Below, piece after piece: positions 25,746 through 37,786 of a stretch of 64,000 bases of DNA. The first letter of the stretch is position 1; each line of letters opens with the position of its first letter. The position numbers and the translations under genes are program-made. The stretch lies in the sequence record MF498774.1. One strand, written 5' to 3'. Under the pieces are notes generated by a model. It searched no databases. It saw nothing but the letters and a program-made list of their open reading frames with translations, and had not been told where the DNA came from.

Positions 25746-26327
25746 TCATTTGGATACACTGAATGTCACCTTACCATTTTTAATGGAAATTTTGATTTCC
25801 ATATCTTGAGAAAGTTTACCTTGTGTGTTAACTAGATTGAAAATTGCTTGATCGAGTGGTGTCAACTGACAATTACCAATTTTTAGGTTACCTGTTATGT
25901 TAAGACCTTCGTCGTTTTTCTTCAAAGGTTTAGTTACATCCCCAGAAAATGTGGGTTTGTTCCCCTCGAACTTAGAAACGACTGGTGTTTTATTGAGAAT
26001 AATCTCATTACAGACCCCACCCATTAGTTCCTCATCACTAATCTGACGAGGTTTTGGGAGATCTTCAAGCTCAATCTCTTTATCAAGTGTAAAATATTTA
26101 TCAAATTCGTCATGGTCAATGGTATTGAATTCGTCTACCTTCAATACACCATTAACAATAAAACGGCTAATGTAACCGTCGCTATTAAGTCGGTTCAAGC
26201 TATCTTGGTTAACTGTCAGACGATAATCGACCAGATAATTTGAAACAATCCAATCATTAATTTTTGCTAGACCGATAAACTCTTTCCGGTCTTTTAGAGT
26301 TTTGAATTTATAAACAAAAGCTTTCAT
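25746..26327 (-). CDS. Hypothetical protein with K[IV]RFK family N-terminal domain
   Basis: VYKFKTLKDRKEF...IND.I. Confidence 0.65.
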   Translation of the reverse strand: MKAFVYKFKTLKDRKEFIGLAKINDWIVSNYLVDYRLTVNQDSLNRLNSDGYISRFIVNGVLKVDEFNTIDHDEFDKYFTLDKEIELEDLPKPRQISDEELMGGVCNEIILNKTPVVSKFEGNKPTFSGDVTKPLKKNDEGLNITGNLKIGNCQLTPLDQAIFNLVNTQGKLSQDMEIKISIKNGKVTFSVSK

Positions 26328-26341
26328 TATTTTTCCTTGTA

Positions 26342-27852
26342 TTAGTCCATGTAAGAGCTGCGGTATGCAACTTTTTCACCAACCACATCATTGATTTCAT
26401 TACAAATAATCTGCATGATTTCCTCTTTGTAAGTCAACGACTGATGACCGCAATATGGAATATTGAATTTTGGATTCAAGAAAGACTCTTTACCGGATTT
26501 ATACGCAATTTCAAACCCGAGACCCAAAACAAGGTCTTTTACTTTTTTCTTTCTTCCAAATTCAACATACACAGAGGAAAATCCACAACAGTCCCAATCG
26601 TGGGGATGACGCTCAAGGTAATCCCGATGGTAATCATTGATTTTCTCGATTACTTTTTCAACAAAAGAAACGTCATATCCAGATTCAGGTTGTACTACTT
26701 CCGGTAATGGTTTCTTCTCTTCTTTGTCAAGACAGATCAGTTCATTCTCTTCATATGCACTGATAGTACCATTGGGCCAAGTAACCTCAACCCAAACCTC
26801 TGGATTGTAGTATGAAACCACACCAACCACACCAAACAAATGACGTTGACTTTCGTCATTCATCACATTGCTATTGATCTGTACGTTGCTACCTTCTTTC
26901 ATAGTCATTTCCTCGTTGTTGTTTACGAGATAGAGAATACCAGAGTGTGGTTGGTTATGTCAAACACTTTATTACATCAGTTTCAATTTCAGTGACTTTA
27001 GTTGATCTCGGTCGTTTCGATTGATGAAGTATGATTTACCTTTGTAATCAGTTGCAAATGCGGAACCATCTTGACCAATAAACGAAACAGAAATATCTTT
27101 TGGATTTTTGTTTCGACGAAGACCAATAGTAAGAAGGTCACCGACTTCCAGTTCCTTAAATTCTGTTACTTTCTCTTTCTTGGTTGTAAACAGATCACCG
27201 TTCAGAGTCATTCCAAACTCAGACACATCAGTTACATAAGTAACAGTACCACTGGAATGATGCTCTGTAACGCGAACACCACCAAGAATATTAAACTGGT
27301 CTAAAATAACAGTTAACCCGGTAACACACGCAATAAGTTGCGACACAACACCATTCTTTTTGTTAATGACGGAGACAACTAGACGCTTGGATTTATGGTT
27401 GAATCCGCTACCCTCTTCAACAACAACCCCTTCAACGTCTTTCATGACTTGTTTTTCTACATGAAGTTTTTTCATTACATACCCCATTCTTTTTCAATTA
27501 CATCATTACAAAAATCAACAGAATTTTCGAAATCATACATTTTGTTCATCAAATCGCCAAATTTAGATTTGATAAGTTGTTCTGCCGCTTCTCGCACCCG
27601 TTGATCAAATGCTTCTACGTTGTATTGTTTTTTAACCCGATTTTCCATAACTTCATACTGGTATTTCATGAAGTTTTCGTAAGATTCGACATGTTCGATC
27701 TCGATGCCGTTGATCAAGACAGTCAGTTTGAAAGGTTCATCCTTGATATCACCCTTTCGAGTGTCCCGGATCTTTTCCAAAATTTCATCTGATTGGTCAA
27801 GAAACAGGTGGTTCACAACAAGGTTAGCTTCATCAAGTCCAAATTTCATCAT
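26342..27852 (-). other. Three hypothetical genes (26342-26908, 26972-27475, 27475-27852)
   Basis: Co-oriented ORFs with SDs; TTGACA promoter near 26935-26965. Confidence 0.7.
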
Positions 27853-27861
27853 AATTTCCTC

Positions 27862-28200
27862 TTAATCACTAAGTTTACCGAACGGGATTTGTTCAACAAA
27901 AGCCCAAGCGGCATGATAAACGGTAGCACCGGGGGTTTCACTCATAAACACAGTATCAACTGGAGCCACAACACGAAATAAAGTTGGTTCTCCACCAATC
28001 GAACGAGCCGCCCGACGTGCGTATACTTTTGCCAGTCCACGGTCTTTAGTGAAGAACACACGGTCTAAGTTTTTCTTACGACCTTTCTCTGAAATTGTAT
28101 CAGTCATCTCAGGAGGAAGCAACATATTACCTTTCAAACCAAGAGTACAGGAACCATGATAGAACTCAACATAATCTGGTTTGCAGTGAATGGTTGTCAT
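27862..28200 (-). CDS. Small ADP-ribosyltransferase-like protein (Arr/Tpt1-like)
   Basis: FYHGS...VFFT.D...AKVYA motif order. Confidence 0.6.
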   Translation of the reverse strand: MTTIHCKPDYVEFYHGSCTLGLKGNMLLPPEMTDTISEKGRKKNLDRVFFTKDRGLAKVYARRAARSIGGEPTLFRVVAPVDTVFMSETPGATVYHAAWAFVEQIPFGKLSD

Positions 28201-28227
28201 ATCTTCTCTCCATCAACGTTACAACCC

Positions 28228-28599
28228 TTATTCTACACTTTCTTCGTCTGGTGTCAATATGTTTTTAGAAATAAAATTTATTACCCCATCATCTGGACGT
28301 TCAAACAACCAAATGCAATTTAGATATCCCAGTGAACTGGGATCTTCATGGTCAACACGACCCACTGGGATCTCACTGTCGTAACAAAACCCTTTGTAAT
28401 CATCACATACATAGAAACCACACTGTTTACTGTAAACAATACCAACACAAACGCAAGATTCGGGCCAAAGTTCAACCAGACCATCATTGTTTACAGTTAC
28501 AGCAAATTTGTCATATTTGTGTTCGTTTACTGGGAGGTCGAGAACCAAATTATCAATTATAACAGGAATGTTAAAACTCTTAAAAGGTGGTGTATACAT
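28228..28599 (-). CDS. Hypothetical protein
   Basis: ORF track. Confidence 0.65.
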   Translation of the reverse strand: MYTPPFKSFNIPVIIDNLVLDLPVNEHKYDKFAVTVNNDGLVELWPESCVCVGIVYSKQCGFYVCDDYKGFCYDSEIPVGRVDHEDPSSLGYLNCIWLFERPDDGVINFISKNILTPDEESVE

Positions 28600-28654
28600 T
28601 TTAGTACCCTAAATATAAATGAGCAACTGATGATATATATTATCAGTTTAAATA

Positions 28655-28686
28655 AAAAAGGGATCCTGTGAGGATCCCTTTTTTAT
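28655..28686. terminator. Bidirectional terminator after asiA
   Basis: AAAAAAGGGATCC-TGTGA-GGATCCCTTTTTT. Confidence 0.85.
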
Positions 28687-28955
28687 TCGTCAACCATACA
28701 GTTAATCAAATGATCAATTCTACCAGCATCAAATTCTTTTATAATCTCTTTTTTCTGATATGGGGTTAGACTACTAACCATAACTCTGAAATTAAAAATC
28801 GTTAATGGTTTACCTCGCACGGTAGTAAACCCTAGTTCATTTAGAAAATCTACAAACCCAGATTGAGTATCTAGAATGTCATCACAGCCATATTTTGCCA
28901 AGATAGATGCGGTAGCTACAATATCTTTCATCAATTCAACTTTTGTAATTTTCAT
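28683..28955 (-). CDS. asiA: Anti-sigma70 factor AsiA
   Basis: IVATASILAKY..DDI......FVDFLNELG...LT...F..MVSSLT aligns with T4 AsiA; 90 aa. Confidence 0.85.
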   Translation of the reverse strand: MKITKVELMKDIVATASILAKYGCDDILDTQSGFVDFLNELGFTTVRGKPLTIFNFRVMVSSLTPYQKKEIIKEFDAGRIDHLINCMVDE

Positions 28956-29200
28956 ATTTTATAATCTTTGTCTCTTAGGATCACATCAGTTCGATTTCGA
29001 ACATCACCAATAAATCTTGCAGTACTACCACATGGAAAAATAATAATACTTACTTCATACCCAAACGCATCTTTTTGGATAGACAGTTTGACCGTTTCCA
29101 TTGAATGGTCTTTAAGGTTGATATGGGTAGGTTTTCCATCTTTTGTAAGACCAGACACTACCCCACCACCAAATAATGTCATATCAATCATAATCACCAA
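28952..29200 (-). CDS. Hypothetical protein
   Basis: ORF track. Confidence 0.6.
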   Translation of the reverse strand: MVIMIDMTLFGGGVVSGLTKDGKPTHINLKDHSMETVKLSIQKDAFGYEVSIIIFPCGSTARFIGDVRNRTDVILRDKDYKI

Positions 29201-29304
29201 CCTTCTGATTTCTTATGCTTTTTACCACGAATTTTCTTGGAATTCTCTTTCTTATCCTTCATAACAGAAGGACGATTGAAATTATGTTTAGCTACTGGAT
29301 TCAT
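29194..29304 (-). CDS. 36-aa basic peptide
   Basis: Manual ORF MNPVAKHNFNRPSVMKDKKENSKKIRGKKHKKSEGW*. Confidence 0.7.
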   Translation of the reverse strand: MNPVAKHNFNRPSVMKDKKENSKKIRGKKHKKSEGW

Positions 29305-29388
29305 TTTCTATTCCTTATGTTATGAAAGAGGGGGCGAACCCCCTTGATGTGGTTATAGTCTCATAACCAATACATGTTTGCAAGTGGT

Positions 29389-29838
29389 TTATACTGGGAG
29401 AAGCCAGAAAAGACCACAGAAGAAGCCAGAAACGGCAGCAATGAGAGCCAAAAGAGCCACAACCGTGATTGCATTGATTCGTTTGTTGGTAGCCTCTCGT
29501 TCATCGTTGGTCATTGCTTCCCATTTCCGAATTGACTCTTCCAGATCTTTAACCCCATCAATACCACTCTCGATGTAGATCAGTGTCATTGGGTTAGCAT
29601 AAGCTTTACCAAGATAACCTACCCGTTCTTTAGCATAAGAGATCATGGTCAGATACTGGAACATCACCATCACGATAGCGCCAATGATAATAGGGCCATA
29701 CATAGTGGATGCTGGGATTGATGCAAGGGCTGCTGCCATGAAGAACAGGCCCCACGTAACAATCGCATTTGACTTAACCCGTTGGGTTTCTTCATGAATA
29801 CGTTGTTTTACTTTTGTTACACGAGTTTCAATAGACAT
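29389..29838 (-). CDS. Membrane protein with three TM segments
   Basis: Three hydrophobic stretches. Confidence 0.7.
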   Translation of the reverse strand: MSIETRVTKVKQRIHEETQRVKSNAIVTWGLFFMAAALASIPASTMYGPIIIGAIVMVMFQYLTMISYAKERVGYLGKAYANPMTLIYIESGIDGVKDLEESIRKWEAMTNDEREATNKRINAITVVALLALIAAVSGFFCGLFWLLPV

Positions 29839-29866
29839 TTCATTTTCCTTTTTTACAAAACTATAT

Positions 29867-30295
29867 TTAGAGGAACAACCAAGATGATACCATTACAGGA
29901 ACACCAAATAAACCAAGATAAAATACAAAATCACAAAAGTATATTACTATTCCTGCAATAGTAATTCGTAGATTAAAGTTTGGTGTATTTTTATAAATAT
30001 GAAGGTATTTCCCAACGTTATTATCGCAAAATGAGTATAGCATACACATAGATAATGGATGTTTAAACTCTTTGCCATAATTGGGGCGCTTAATCCATAC
30101 AACTACCATGAACACAATATCAAGGAGAACATAAAATATGGCACATAACAGTATGTATAGATTGACATCCGGCACAAACCCACAACCAACAAGTACACTT
30201 GCTACCAATGCCCCCATACATGATGGGATGAGCGCAGGCAACATCCCGTTTGTTTCTGTTTCTGCCTGTCTCATAATATTTATTTCTATAGACAT
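29867..30295 (-). CDS. Membrane protein
   Basis: Three hydrophobic stretches. Confidence 0.65.
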   Translation of the reverse strand: MSIEINIMRQAETETNGMLPALIPSCMGALVASVLVGCGFVPDVNLYILLCAIFYVLLDIVFMVVVWIKRPNYGKEFKHPLSMCMLYSFCDNNVGKYLHIYKNTPNFNLRITIAGIVIYFCDFVFYLGLFGVPVMVSSWLFL

Positions 30296-30296
30296 T

Positions 30297-31643
30297 TTAT
30301 TTACTATCCTTCAATTTATTTTTCAAAGTTGTTAAATCTTTCAAATATTCTTTTTTTGAGTTTGTACTTTTCCAATAAGCTAGATCTTTTTCCGCTTGCT
30401 CATATTCTTTAACCAGCTTTTCTACTTCATCTTCTGTCATGTTAAAGATTGGAAGACCAACCACCTTATCAGCATAAACCGAAAGCTCTGGGTCCAGAAG
30501 AGTTTTAACTTGTTGGATCATAGATTTCTTCGGTTGATTATAACCGATTTTCCCATCACGAGCCAGACGAATAAATTCTGCCTTCGCTTTCAATTCCGGG
30601 ATAAGAATAGTCAGATTTTCAATCATATTTTCAATGCGACGGTCAACGACAGTCATGCGATAATCGACAAATTCGCACACGAGTTGGCTTGTATTGTCGT
30701 ATTTTCGCAGATCCATATCCCCTGTAACCATGTTAGAGTTTGGACCGATTACGTTGATATTCTGATAGATATTCTCAGATAGAGAGAACTGTTTCATGAT
30801 ATTTTCATGAGAAGTATCAAAATCACGTTTCAAAGTGACTCGGAATGTAAAATCACCGTCACCTTCAATCTCATCATAACTAACAATCTGGTCTTTTTCA
30901 ATAAGATTGTTCAAAATCGCTACATATTTAATTCGATTGAAACTAACTGGGATCTCTGTGATCAGAAGTTTGGTTTTACCTTGGAGTTCGTAAACCCCTT
31001 CGTTTGTCCATTGTTCACCTGATGTATTAACGTTCCCAATAAAAGAAGGGAACTTGATTTCTGGGTCTTTACATTTACCAGTCTTAACATAAGAAATACA
31101 TTCATCAATAACGCTGTGAATGTCATGTGGTAGTATATGAGTCGCGTAACCAGTTGCAACACCATGAACCCCATTGATTAGAACAAACGGAATGACTGGG
31201 AGATAAAATTTTGGAATAGAATAAGAATCAATCTCACTTGGTAAAACTAGATCCAAATCTTTAAACAGTAGGTCAAAATTATCATCCAGCTTACCGAAGA
31301 TGTAACGTGGTTCCGCTGCTGCTGGGTTCTGTCGTGAACCAAAGTTACCGCGACCCTTGATAACTGGGAAGTTGTTTGCGTATTCAGTTGCCATACCTGC
31401 AAGAACATCATACCCACTTGCTTCACCATGGGGATATCCATAGTCGGAGATAACACCACAAAGAAATGCGGATTTCTTGAAGTCCTTACTTGCGTTTTTG
31501 ATTGTGGAGTACAAAACAAAACGCTGAGATGGTTTGAACCCATCTACCATGGAAGGTAATGCCCGGTTGACGATGGTATAAAATGTATATTCTTTTGCTT
31601 CATTATGAATATAACTTGAAATAGTACGATCTACGAATTTCAT
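30297..31643 (-). CDS. gp52: DNA topoisomerase II medium subunit (GyrA/ParC-like)
   Basis: RALPSMVDGFKPSQR, YPHGEAS, AEPRYIF catalytic Tyr. Confidence 0.95.
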   Translation of the reverse strand: MKFVDRTISSYIHNEAKEYTFYTIVNRALPSMVDGFKPSQRFVLYSTIKNASKDFKKSAFLCGVISDYGYPHGEASGYDVLAGMATEYANNFPVIKGRGNFGSRQNPAAAEPRYIFGKLDDNFDLLFKDLDLVLPSEIDSYSIPKFYLPVIPFVLINGVHGVATGYATHILPHDIHSVIDECISYVKTGKCKDPEIKFPSFIGNVNTSGEQWTNEGVYELQGKTKLLITEIPVSFNRIKYVAILNNLIEKDQIVSYDEIEGDGDFTFRVTLKRDFDTSHENIMKQFSLSENIYQNINVIGPNSNMVTGDMDLRKYDNTSQLVCEFVDYRMTVVDRRIENMIENLTILIPELKAKAEFIRLARDGKIGYNQPKKSMIQQVKTLLDPELSVYADKVVGLPIFNMTEDEVEKLVKEYEQAEKDLAYWKSTNSKKEYLKDLTTLKNKLKDSK

Positions 31644-31726
31644 ATCATTCCTTATTTTAATTTATTTTATGTATCATACCACATATGAATATAAACTGTA
31701 AAGCCCATCAAAAGACGGGCTTTGTT

Positions 31727-32131
31727 CTAACTTACCATTCGACCATGGATGATAAATTTGTTTCGGATCTTGCCAGTCAACTCATGACCATTATTCATCT
31801 GTCCGTATTCTTCAATCCCAAGGAGGTGTCGGGCTTGGCTATATTTAAGGAAATATAGTTTTACGGTTTTTCCTGTCATCAGATAATCATGAACATCTTT
31901 AGCCTGTCCGGTACGTGGTTTTCGAAGTCGGATCATGGTTTCACCAAAACCACGTTTTCGCTGTTGATTTCCAACATGAGTCATATAAACAACAGAACTA
32001 GCGGGGGCAGAAATGAAGTAAAACCCCTCTTTCGTTACATCACCAGTTTCGTTAAGGTTGATACCATCAAAGTTACCAACAACAACCGCACCAGACTTGA
32101 CAAGCTCCTTTGTAGTTAAATTCTTTTTCAT
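31727..32131 (-). CDS. ndd: Nucleoid disruption protein Ndd-like
   Basis: GAVVVG...GFYF...HVGNQQRKRGF resembles T4 Ndd; next to gp52 as in T4. Confidence 0.7.
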   Translation of the reverse strand: MKKNLTTKELVKSGAVVVGNFDGINLNETGDVTKEGFYFISAPASSVVYMTHVGNQQRKRGFGETMIRLRKPRTGQAKDVHDYLMTGKTVKLYFLKYSQARHLLGIEEYGQMNNGHELTGKIRNKFIIHGRMVS

Positions 32132-32567
32132 TATTTCACCATATTAAAAATTAAAAACAAGACAATACCAAGACCCAATATTTTAATAAACCAACCGGTG
32201 GGAGTGGTCATCATTGATTCCGGGTGATACATTTCTTCTGGTATATCTCTTTTATTGCCATAACGGTCGTGAGTATCCATCAGCCTAGGGCCTTCATCCT
32301 CATCGTATGGTTGATATCTCATTCACCCACCCGAAAAAATTTTCCGTCTCGAACCAGTACATGATCCAAATTATAAATGATGAACCCTTTGGTTTCATAT
32401 GGGGTAACAACACGATATTCGACGTCTTTGGTATCGTGATTCACATGAAAGGAATATACCCAGTCTTTAACCTTTAATTGAAGGCTTGTATAACCAGACA
32501 CAAACGGTATTACCTCCTTATAGCCTTCACTTTTCTTAATGTTTACGAAACTCTCTATAGAAACCAT
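32131..32567 (-). other. Two small hypothetical genes (32131-32322 with a TM tail, 32319-32567)
   Basis: ORF track. Confidence 0.6.
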
Positions 32568-32659
32568 GATTAAACCTCGTGTATGGTGTCTAGAATCAAT
32601 TCCTACAAAGAATACATAACATTGTACGAGATAACAAGGAATTGATTCTAGGAATATTG

Positions 32660-32766
32660 GTGAGCTTTAGCGAACCGGCTACGCCGTACTCGTTTCACTC
32701 GTTCTAATTATAGATCTTCTATATAAATACTTATAGGAGATCTATAATTTGATTTCAGATGATACT
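32660..32766. repeat. Copy B of the dispersed intergenic element
   Basis: Core 34/35 identical to 2540-2574; GC module inverted relative to copy A. Confidence 0.85.
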
Positions 32767-33244
32767 AACCTAGTACCTTTTTGACAAGGGCACCATCAAA
32801 CAAAAGACCTTTGGCAGCAGCAGCCTTCTTACAAGCTCCCATGACTTGACCGATGTTAGAACCACCGACGAGCTGACCAAGTACCTCTTTGATATGTTCT
32901 TCGTCAAACACCTTCGGAAGATAGGAACTCAGCAATTCACGTTCGATCATTAAGTCTGTGAATTTGATATCAGTTTTAAGAATATCCATCACTTCTTGAT
33001 TGGTCATATCGTTTGATACGGATACAACCCGTTTGCGGATCTCGGTAACTGCTTCGTCAATGTTTTTAACGAATTTACGAATAACCGATTGGACTTGTTC
33101 GTCAGTTACTACCTGATTACCGGAAGGACTTGCTTCACCAATTAGGGTTGTTAGCGCGTTGATACGAACTTTCCCGCAATGGGTAGATCGATCTTCTGAT
33201 TTACGGAATGAGATTTGGTCTTTCTTAATTTTTTCAAGCAGCAT
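32765..33244 (-). CDS. GatB/YqeY domain protein
   Basis: LLEKIKKDQ...LTTLIGEA...IRKFVKNIDE...LSSYLPK. Confidence 0.85.
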   Translation of the reverse strand: MLLEKIKKDQISFRKSEDRSTHCGKVRINALTTLIGEASPSGNQVVTDEQVQSVIRKFVKNIDEAVTEIRKRVVSVSNDMTNQEVMDILKTDIKFTDLMIERELLSSYLPKVFDEEHIKEVLGQLVGGSNIGQVMGACKKAAAAKGLLFDGALVKKVLG

Positions 33245-36200
33245 TTAATACACCTTTCATATATTGGATAGTTGATTTGAGGGTTTCCAGATCTTCTTTG
33301 CAAGAGTTGTTTTCAACCCAAGCAATAAACGCCATAACTTCTTGAGCTTCCATCACGTTCAGAGATTTCTGATGCATCATACGATTATAAACAGCTTCAA
33401 TCGCATATTGGGAAGGGTCTTCGATACAAACCCACTCTTGATAGCGCGGATAAAGTTCATAAAACTCATGCATGTTCAGACGAATAATCATGGTAAATCC
33501 CTCTTTGTTTTATAGTTGAATTTTAAACTGGCCTTTTGTTTATGTCAACGGTTTATCGGATAGAAATAAAACCGTATACACCAGAAGAAGAACCAAAGGA
33601 CATTGCAGCCTTCCAGTTGTCGATGTGTCCACGGACATACTTAGAAGCACCTTTCCATCCATTTCCTTTGTGAATATCACCGGTTTCCATGTTTACAAAC
33701 CAAACCATCGAACCGGTAGTTTCCTCTCGTCCGTAATCGTGCATCATGATACGAGCGAATTTTCGGCCTGTTTGATATGAGTAAGAACGGCGGTTGAGAT
33801 TTGCAGAGATAAAAGATTCTACATGTTCTTCGCTGTAGCGAGCCCGCATTTCAGGAAGGACGCGATTGAACCAGTTATCTTCTGAAAAGGCATTCATTTC
33901 AGCAACCATAGTTTCGATTTTGTTCAACATAGTCATTCTCCTAATTGGTGTCTCGTCTCAACAGGGATAGTATCTCATAACAGTGTTATTCGATCAAGTA
34001 CTTTTCTACAAAAGTTTTAGCCAATTTTAGTTCAGAAACGATTACATCAAAGTATGCTTGTCGCACATCCACATCTTTAACATTAAAAAATTCGTTTTCA
34101 GTTGCGATCTGATACTTATTGAAAACTTCACTTGCCCGCACCAAAGCCTGAAAAGAGAATGTGTGGTGTTCGAAATAAGGACCACCATTCAGAGAGAACA
34201 TCGCCACACTAATACAGTCATTGGTACTTTTGAATAGAGATTCGTTTTCGAAAATACTGATTGCGTTATTGATATCATTAATGATTTTCTTTTTCATATC
34301 AGACCTCGTAATCAAGAACATCTTGGAAATCAAAGGATTCAACGCCACCACCAGACGATTTGTCATAGTAGCAATGAACATCACCTTCAAAATCTTCGTC
34401 GTAATAGCTTTCATATACCATTTCGACACCAGATTTCAGAACAACAACGATCTTGTCCTCGAATTGGGTCAGATCGATATGCTTGAAACCTTTAACACCA
34501 TGCAGAGCAACCAATACGTTATCCATCTTAATCTCCTTTGGGAACCATTTCCCGACACAGTTAGTATCTCATAGGCCGGAATACCGATCAACAACTTTTT
34601 TAAATTATTTTCCAAGGTTGATGTAAGCAGCCCGAAGATTGGCAACAACCAGATCCATATAGATACTGAAATCTTCGGTAATCTCTCCGTCATGAGCCGC
34701 ACATAAATCGTGGCAGTTCTTGAACTCGATTGTGGCCTTCTCTACGTAGTTGCGTGATTCACAAGGCCCCAAGTTGTTCATCAATTCTTTCATGTCGTTG
34801 GCGGTTTGGGAAAAAGTGAAGTTGGAGCTAATACCAGTAACAACCTTGGCATTTACCATTACCAGTTCGGACTGAATATCCATAATGGATTCACGAAGGG
34901 TTTGCATAGTGATATGAGTCATAGTAATTCTCCATTAGACGGGGAACCACTCCCCGTTTCGACAAGACCTATATTATCAGAATACGACTGGATGTCAACG
35001 CTCTAATTGTGATTGTTTGCAAATATTTTTATATCGTGCTTCTAAGCAATCTAACCAGTGACGATGAACAGGGTCCGGATTCTTTTCCAGATGTTCTGTC
35101 AACATATCAATCATTAGCTGGAAATTGTCAATCAGATATGCTTGATCGTCAAATTCCAGTGGGATGAATGTAACCCCTTGATTCCACGAATATTGTTTCA
35201 TACAAATACATCTTCCATAGTGAAATTGATGGAACCTAATGCTTCTTTTAGTATATCAACTGTTTTGTATACTGCTGGGATGGTCTGACAATCCTCCAAA
35301 CCCCGATGACGATACAGGTGATGGCGAATCATCATATCAATGACACTACTGGTAATTGTCTTGATATCACTGGGGTATTTGCTACCGATATACCGTTTGT
35401 ATTCCTTGATGAACCATTCCTGAGAACGGAATTTAGTTCGTTTCAGAAATTCGGTTGGGATAGTGATACTCATTTCTGAGGTAATCCATACCTTGGTATA
35501 TTCGCGACCTACAATATATTCTTTTTCTTCACGAACAAATGCTTTATAAACGGTATCTCCAATAGGAGAGTTTGGGTTGAATTCCCAATTCGAGATAACA
35601 CCATCGTTGTTTATCTCGATTGTACCTGCTTTGTGGTCGACAACACAATCATCAGGATTGTACCTAATTGCGTCTTTAAATTCACCACTTTCGCCGATCC
35701 AAACCGTCCATTGACTCATGAACGTGCTGTAGTGACAGTAACCAATCTTCATCATTAACCCTCGATTTTGAACTCGTTGTAACCAACGAGAGAGATTTTA
35801 CGTTCTTTCTTATGGTACACCAGTTGGCGAATCACATCAACTTCTTTAACGTGATTTCGAATATAGTTGTCAAGATCCATCATGGAATCGGCGGAAATTC
35901 GAACCCCGTTTATAACTCGGTATAACGGCATCGATACGGTATCAAATACATTAACACACAAGGTACGAGCTTCCTGCCAAGACAGGTTAATCATAACCTT
36001 CTGTTGTTTAATAATCCCATCGTAGTAGTAGCCAGTCCAACCTTTCCCGTTGTTTGGGCGATACCCCATCAACCACATAAGGGTGTCCATGTGTTCCATC
36101 ACTACTTTAGCATTGGGCCATTTATCGAAATTTTTCATTTTACTTGTACCCATTCGTTATTTTCATGATAGAAAGAGTTGGATTCGCGGAAGAATACCGG

Positions 36201-37784
36201 AAGGTCATCAAATTCTTGAACAAGGCTTTCCGCAACCATCTTCATGATACGAATACCTTCTTGGTTGTGACCAAGGGATATATAAACTTTATCGCCATCA
36301 TAAACCAAACCATCAATTTCCTCTTTTTGAGAAACTGTACACATAAACACACTTCGCTTTCCGCTTTCCGTGTTAAATACGATTACAAAGCTTTGGAAAT
36401 CGTAAGAGTGAATTGTTGCAAATCCACCAACGTTACCAACTGTGTTCGCTATGTTGATTTTCTGAATGAGACGATGAACAACGTGGCCTATGTCGGTGAT
36501 GTTCATGTTGTGATTGCTGATGTCAACAAAAATAGAAGTAGATACGCTCATAATAAAAATTCCTTAATTGTGTTTTGTTTCAACAAAAAACAGGATACCT
36601 TTATTGATATCCTCTTGTCAACATGTTTAATCAACAAATTTCAGGGAAGGGCAGATTTTTTCTTTCTTCGCTTTCAGGAAAGATGTAATCAACGATTCTT
36701 TGTATTCCCCATTTGCTTTTTTCTTAGCGTCTCGTTGCAATTTCTTTTGGCGCATAGAACTCTTCATATGGTCACAAAGGAAGAAAAACCCAACTATAAT
36801 CACAATCGCAATCACAGCAAATACAAAACCAATCAAAGGAGAAGTTATCAAAACGAGACCACTGGTGATACCAAATGCTTTTAGAATCGACAATCCAATC
36901 CCAGATAGGGCAAAAATAAACAGGGTTGACATACCGGATATCAGAACCAATGCCCAAACAGTTTTCCAAAAATATGGGCACAAACTAGTTGGGATTGTAT
37001 CAAACATTTTGTTGTTCAGACGATAGTGCCAGCTTGATTTATTAATATTCATTTTTATTCCTTTTCAATTTTCCAGTTGATGATGAGATTATCTAACGTA
37101 CTCACCTTTTTGTCACTACGATTATAACCTATATGTTCATAGAAGTCCCATACACTATCAAAATAAATTTCTTGATTTTTGTAGTAGTCTGTTTCACCTA
37201 TGGCTTTATTCATCCGTTCATTATTACCGGAATCACATGGATCATATCGACCAAATACGCCCTTGTCAATAACACCCATATGTTTATCATACCATCTGTT
37301 TAGGATACGACCGACAAACCCCTCAATAGAGGTAAGTTGACGATACCAACCACCTTTTGGATGTCCGTCATAAATCCGGATCCGATATAGCTGTGTTATC
37401 GGGTGTTCATAAAATTTATAAGTATAAACCTTATCCATTACTGAGTTCCTTTAGGATCCTCTGACTTTCATTAATCATATTTTGTTTCTGATTAAAAAAC
37501 CAAGAACTCCACAAAGTATAGCATTGATTGGCGGCCTCAAACGCAATCTCTTCCGTATCAAACACATACAGGACTTTCCTAGAACTCACAAAAGAATCTT
37601 CCTCTAATTCAGTAGATTGTCGATTCAAACCTGCTGGGATTCGTCGTGAAATATAAACTCGATCCCCAGAAACTTTGGTTACAAGACGAGGTTTTGACGC
37701 AACAACACCACCGACATTAATGGATTCGGTTAAAACCCATTTATCAACTAGATGTGCATGTGCTTCTACTTTTTCTTTAGCCAT
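33234..37784 (-). other. Run of about 12 small hypothetical early genes
   Basis: Tightly packed - strand ORFs: 33234-33491, 33553-33936, 33986-34297, 34299-34526, 34605-34922, 34995-35201, 35198-35755, 35755-36138, 36135-36551, 36627-37052 (TM), 37055-37438, 37431-37784; several TTGACA promoters. Confidence 0.7.
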
Positions 37785-37786
37785 TA

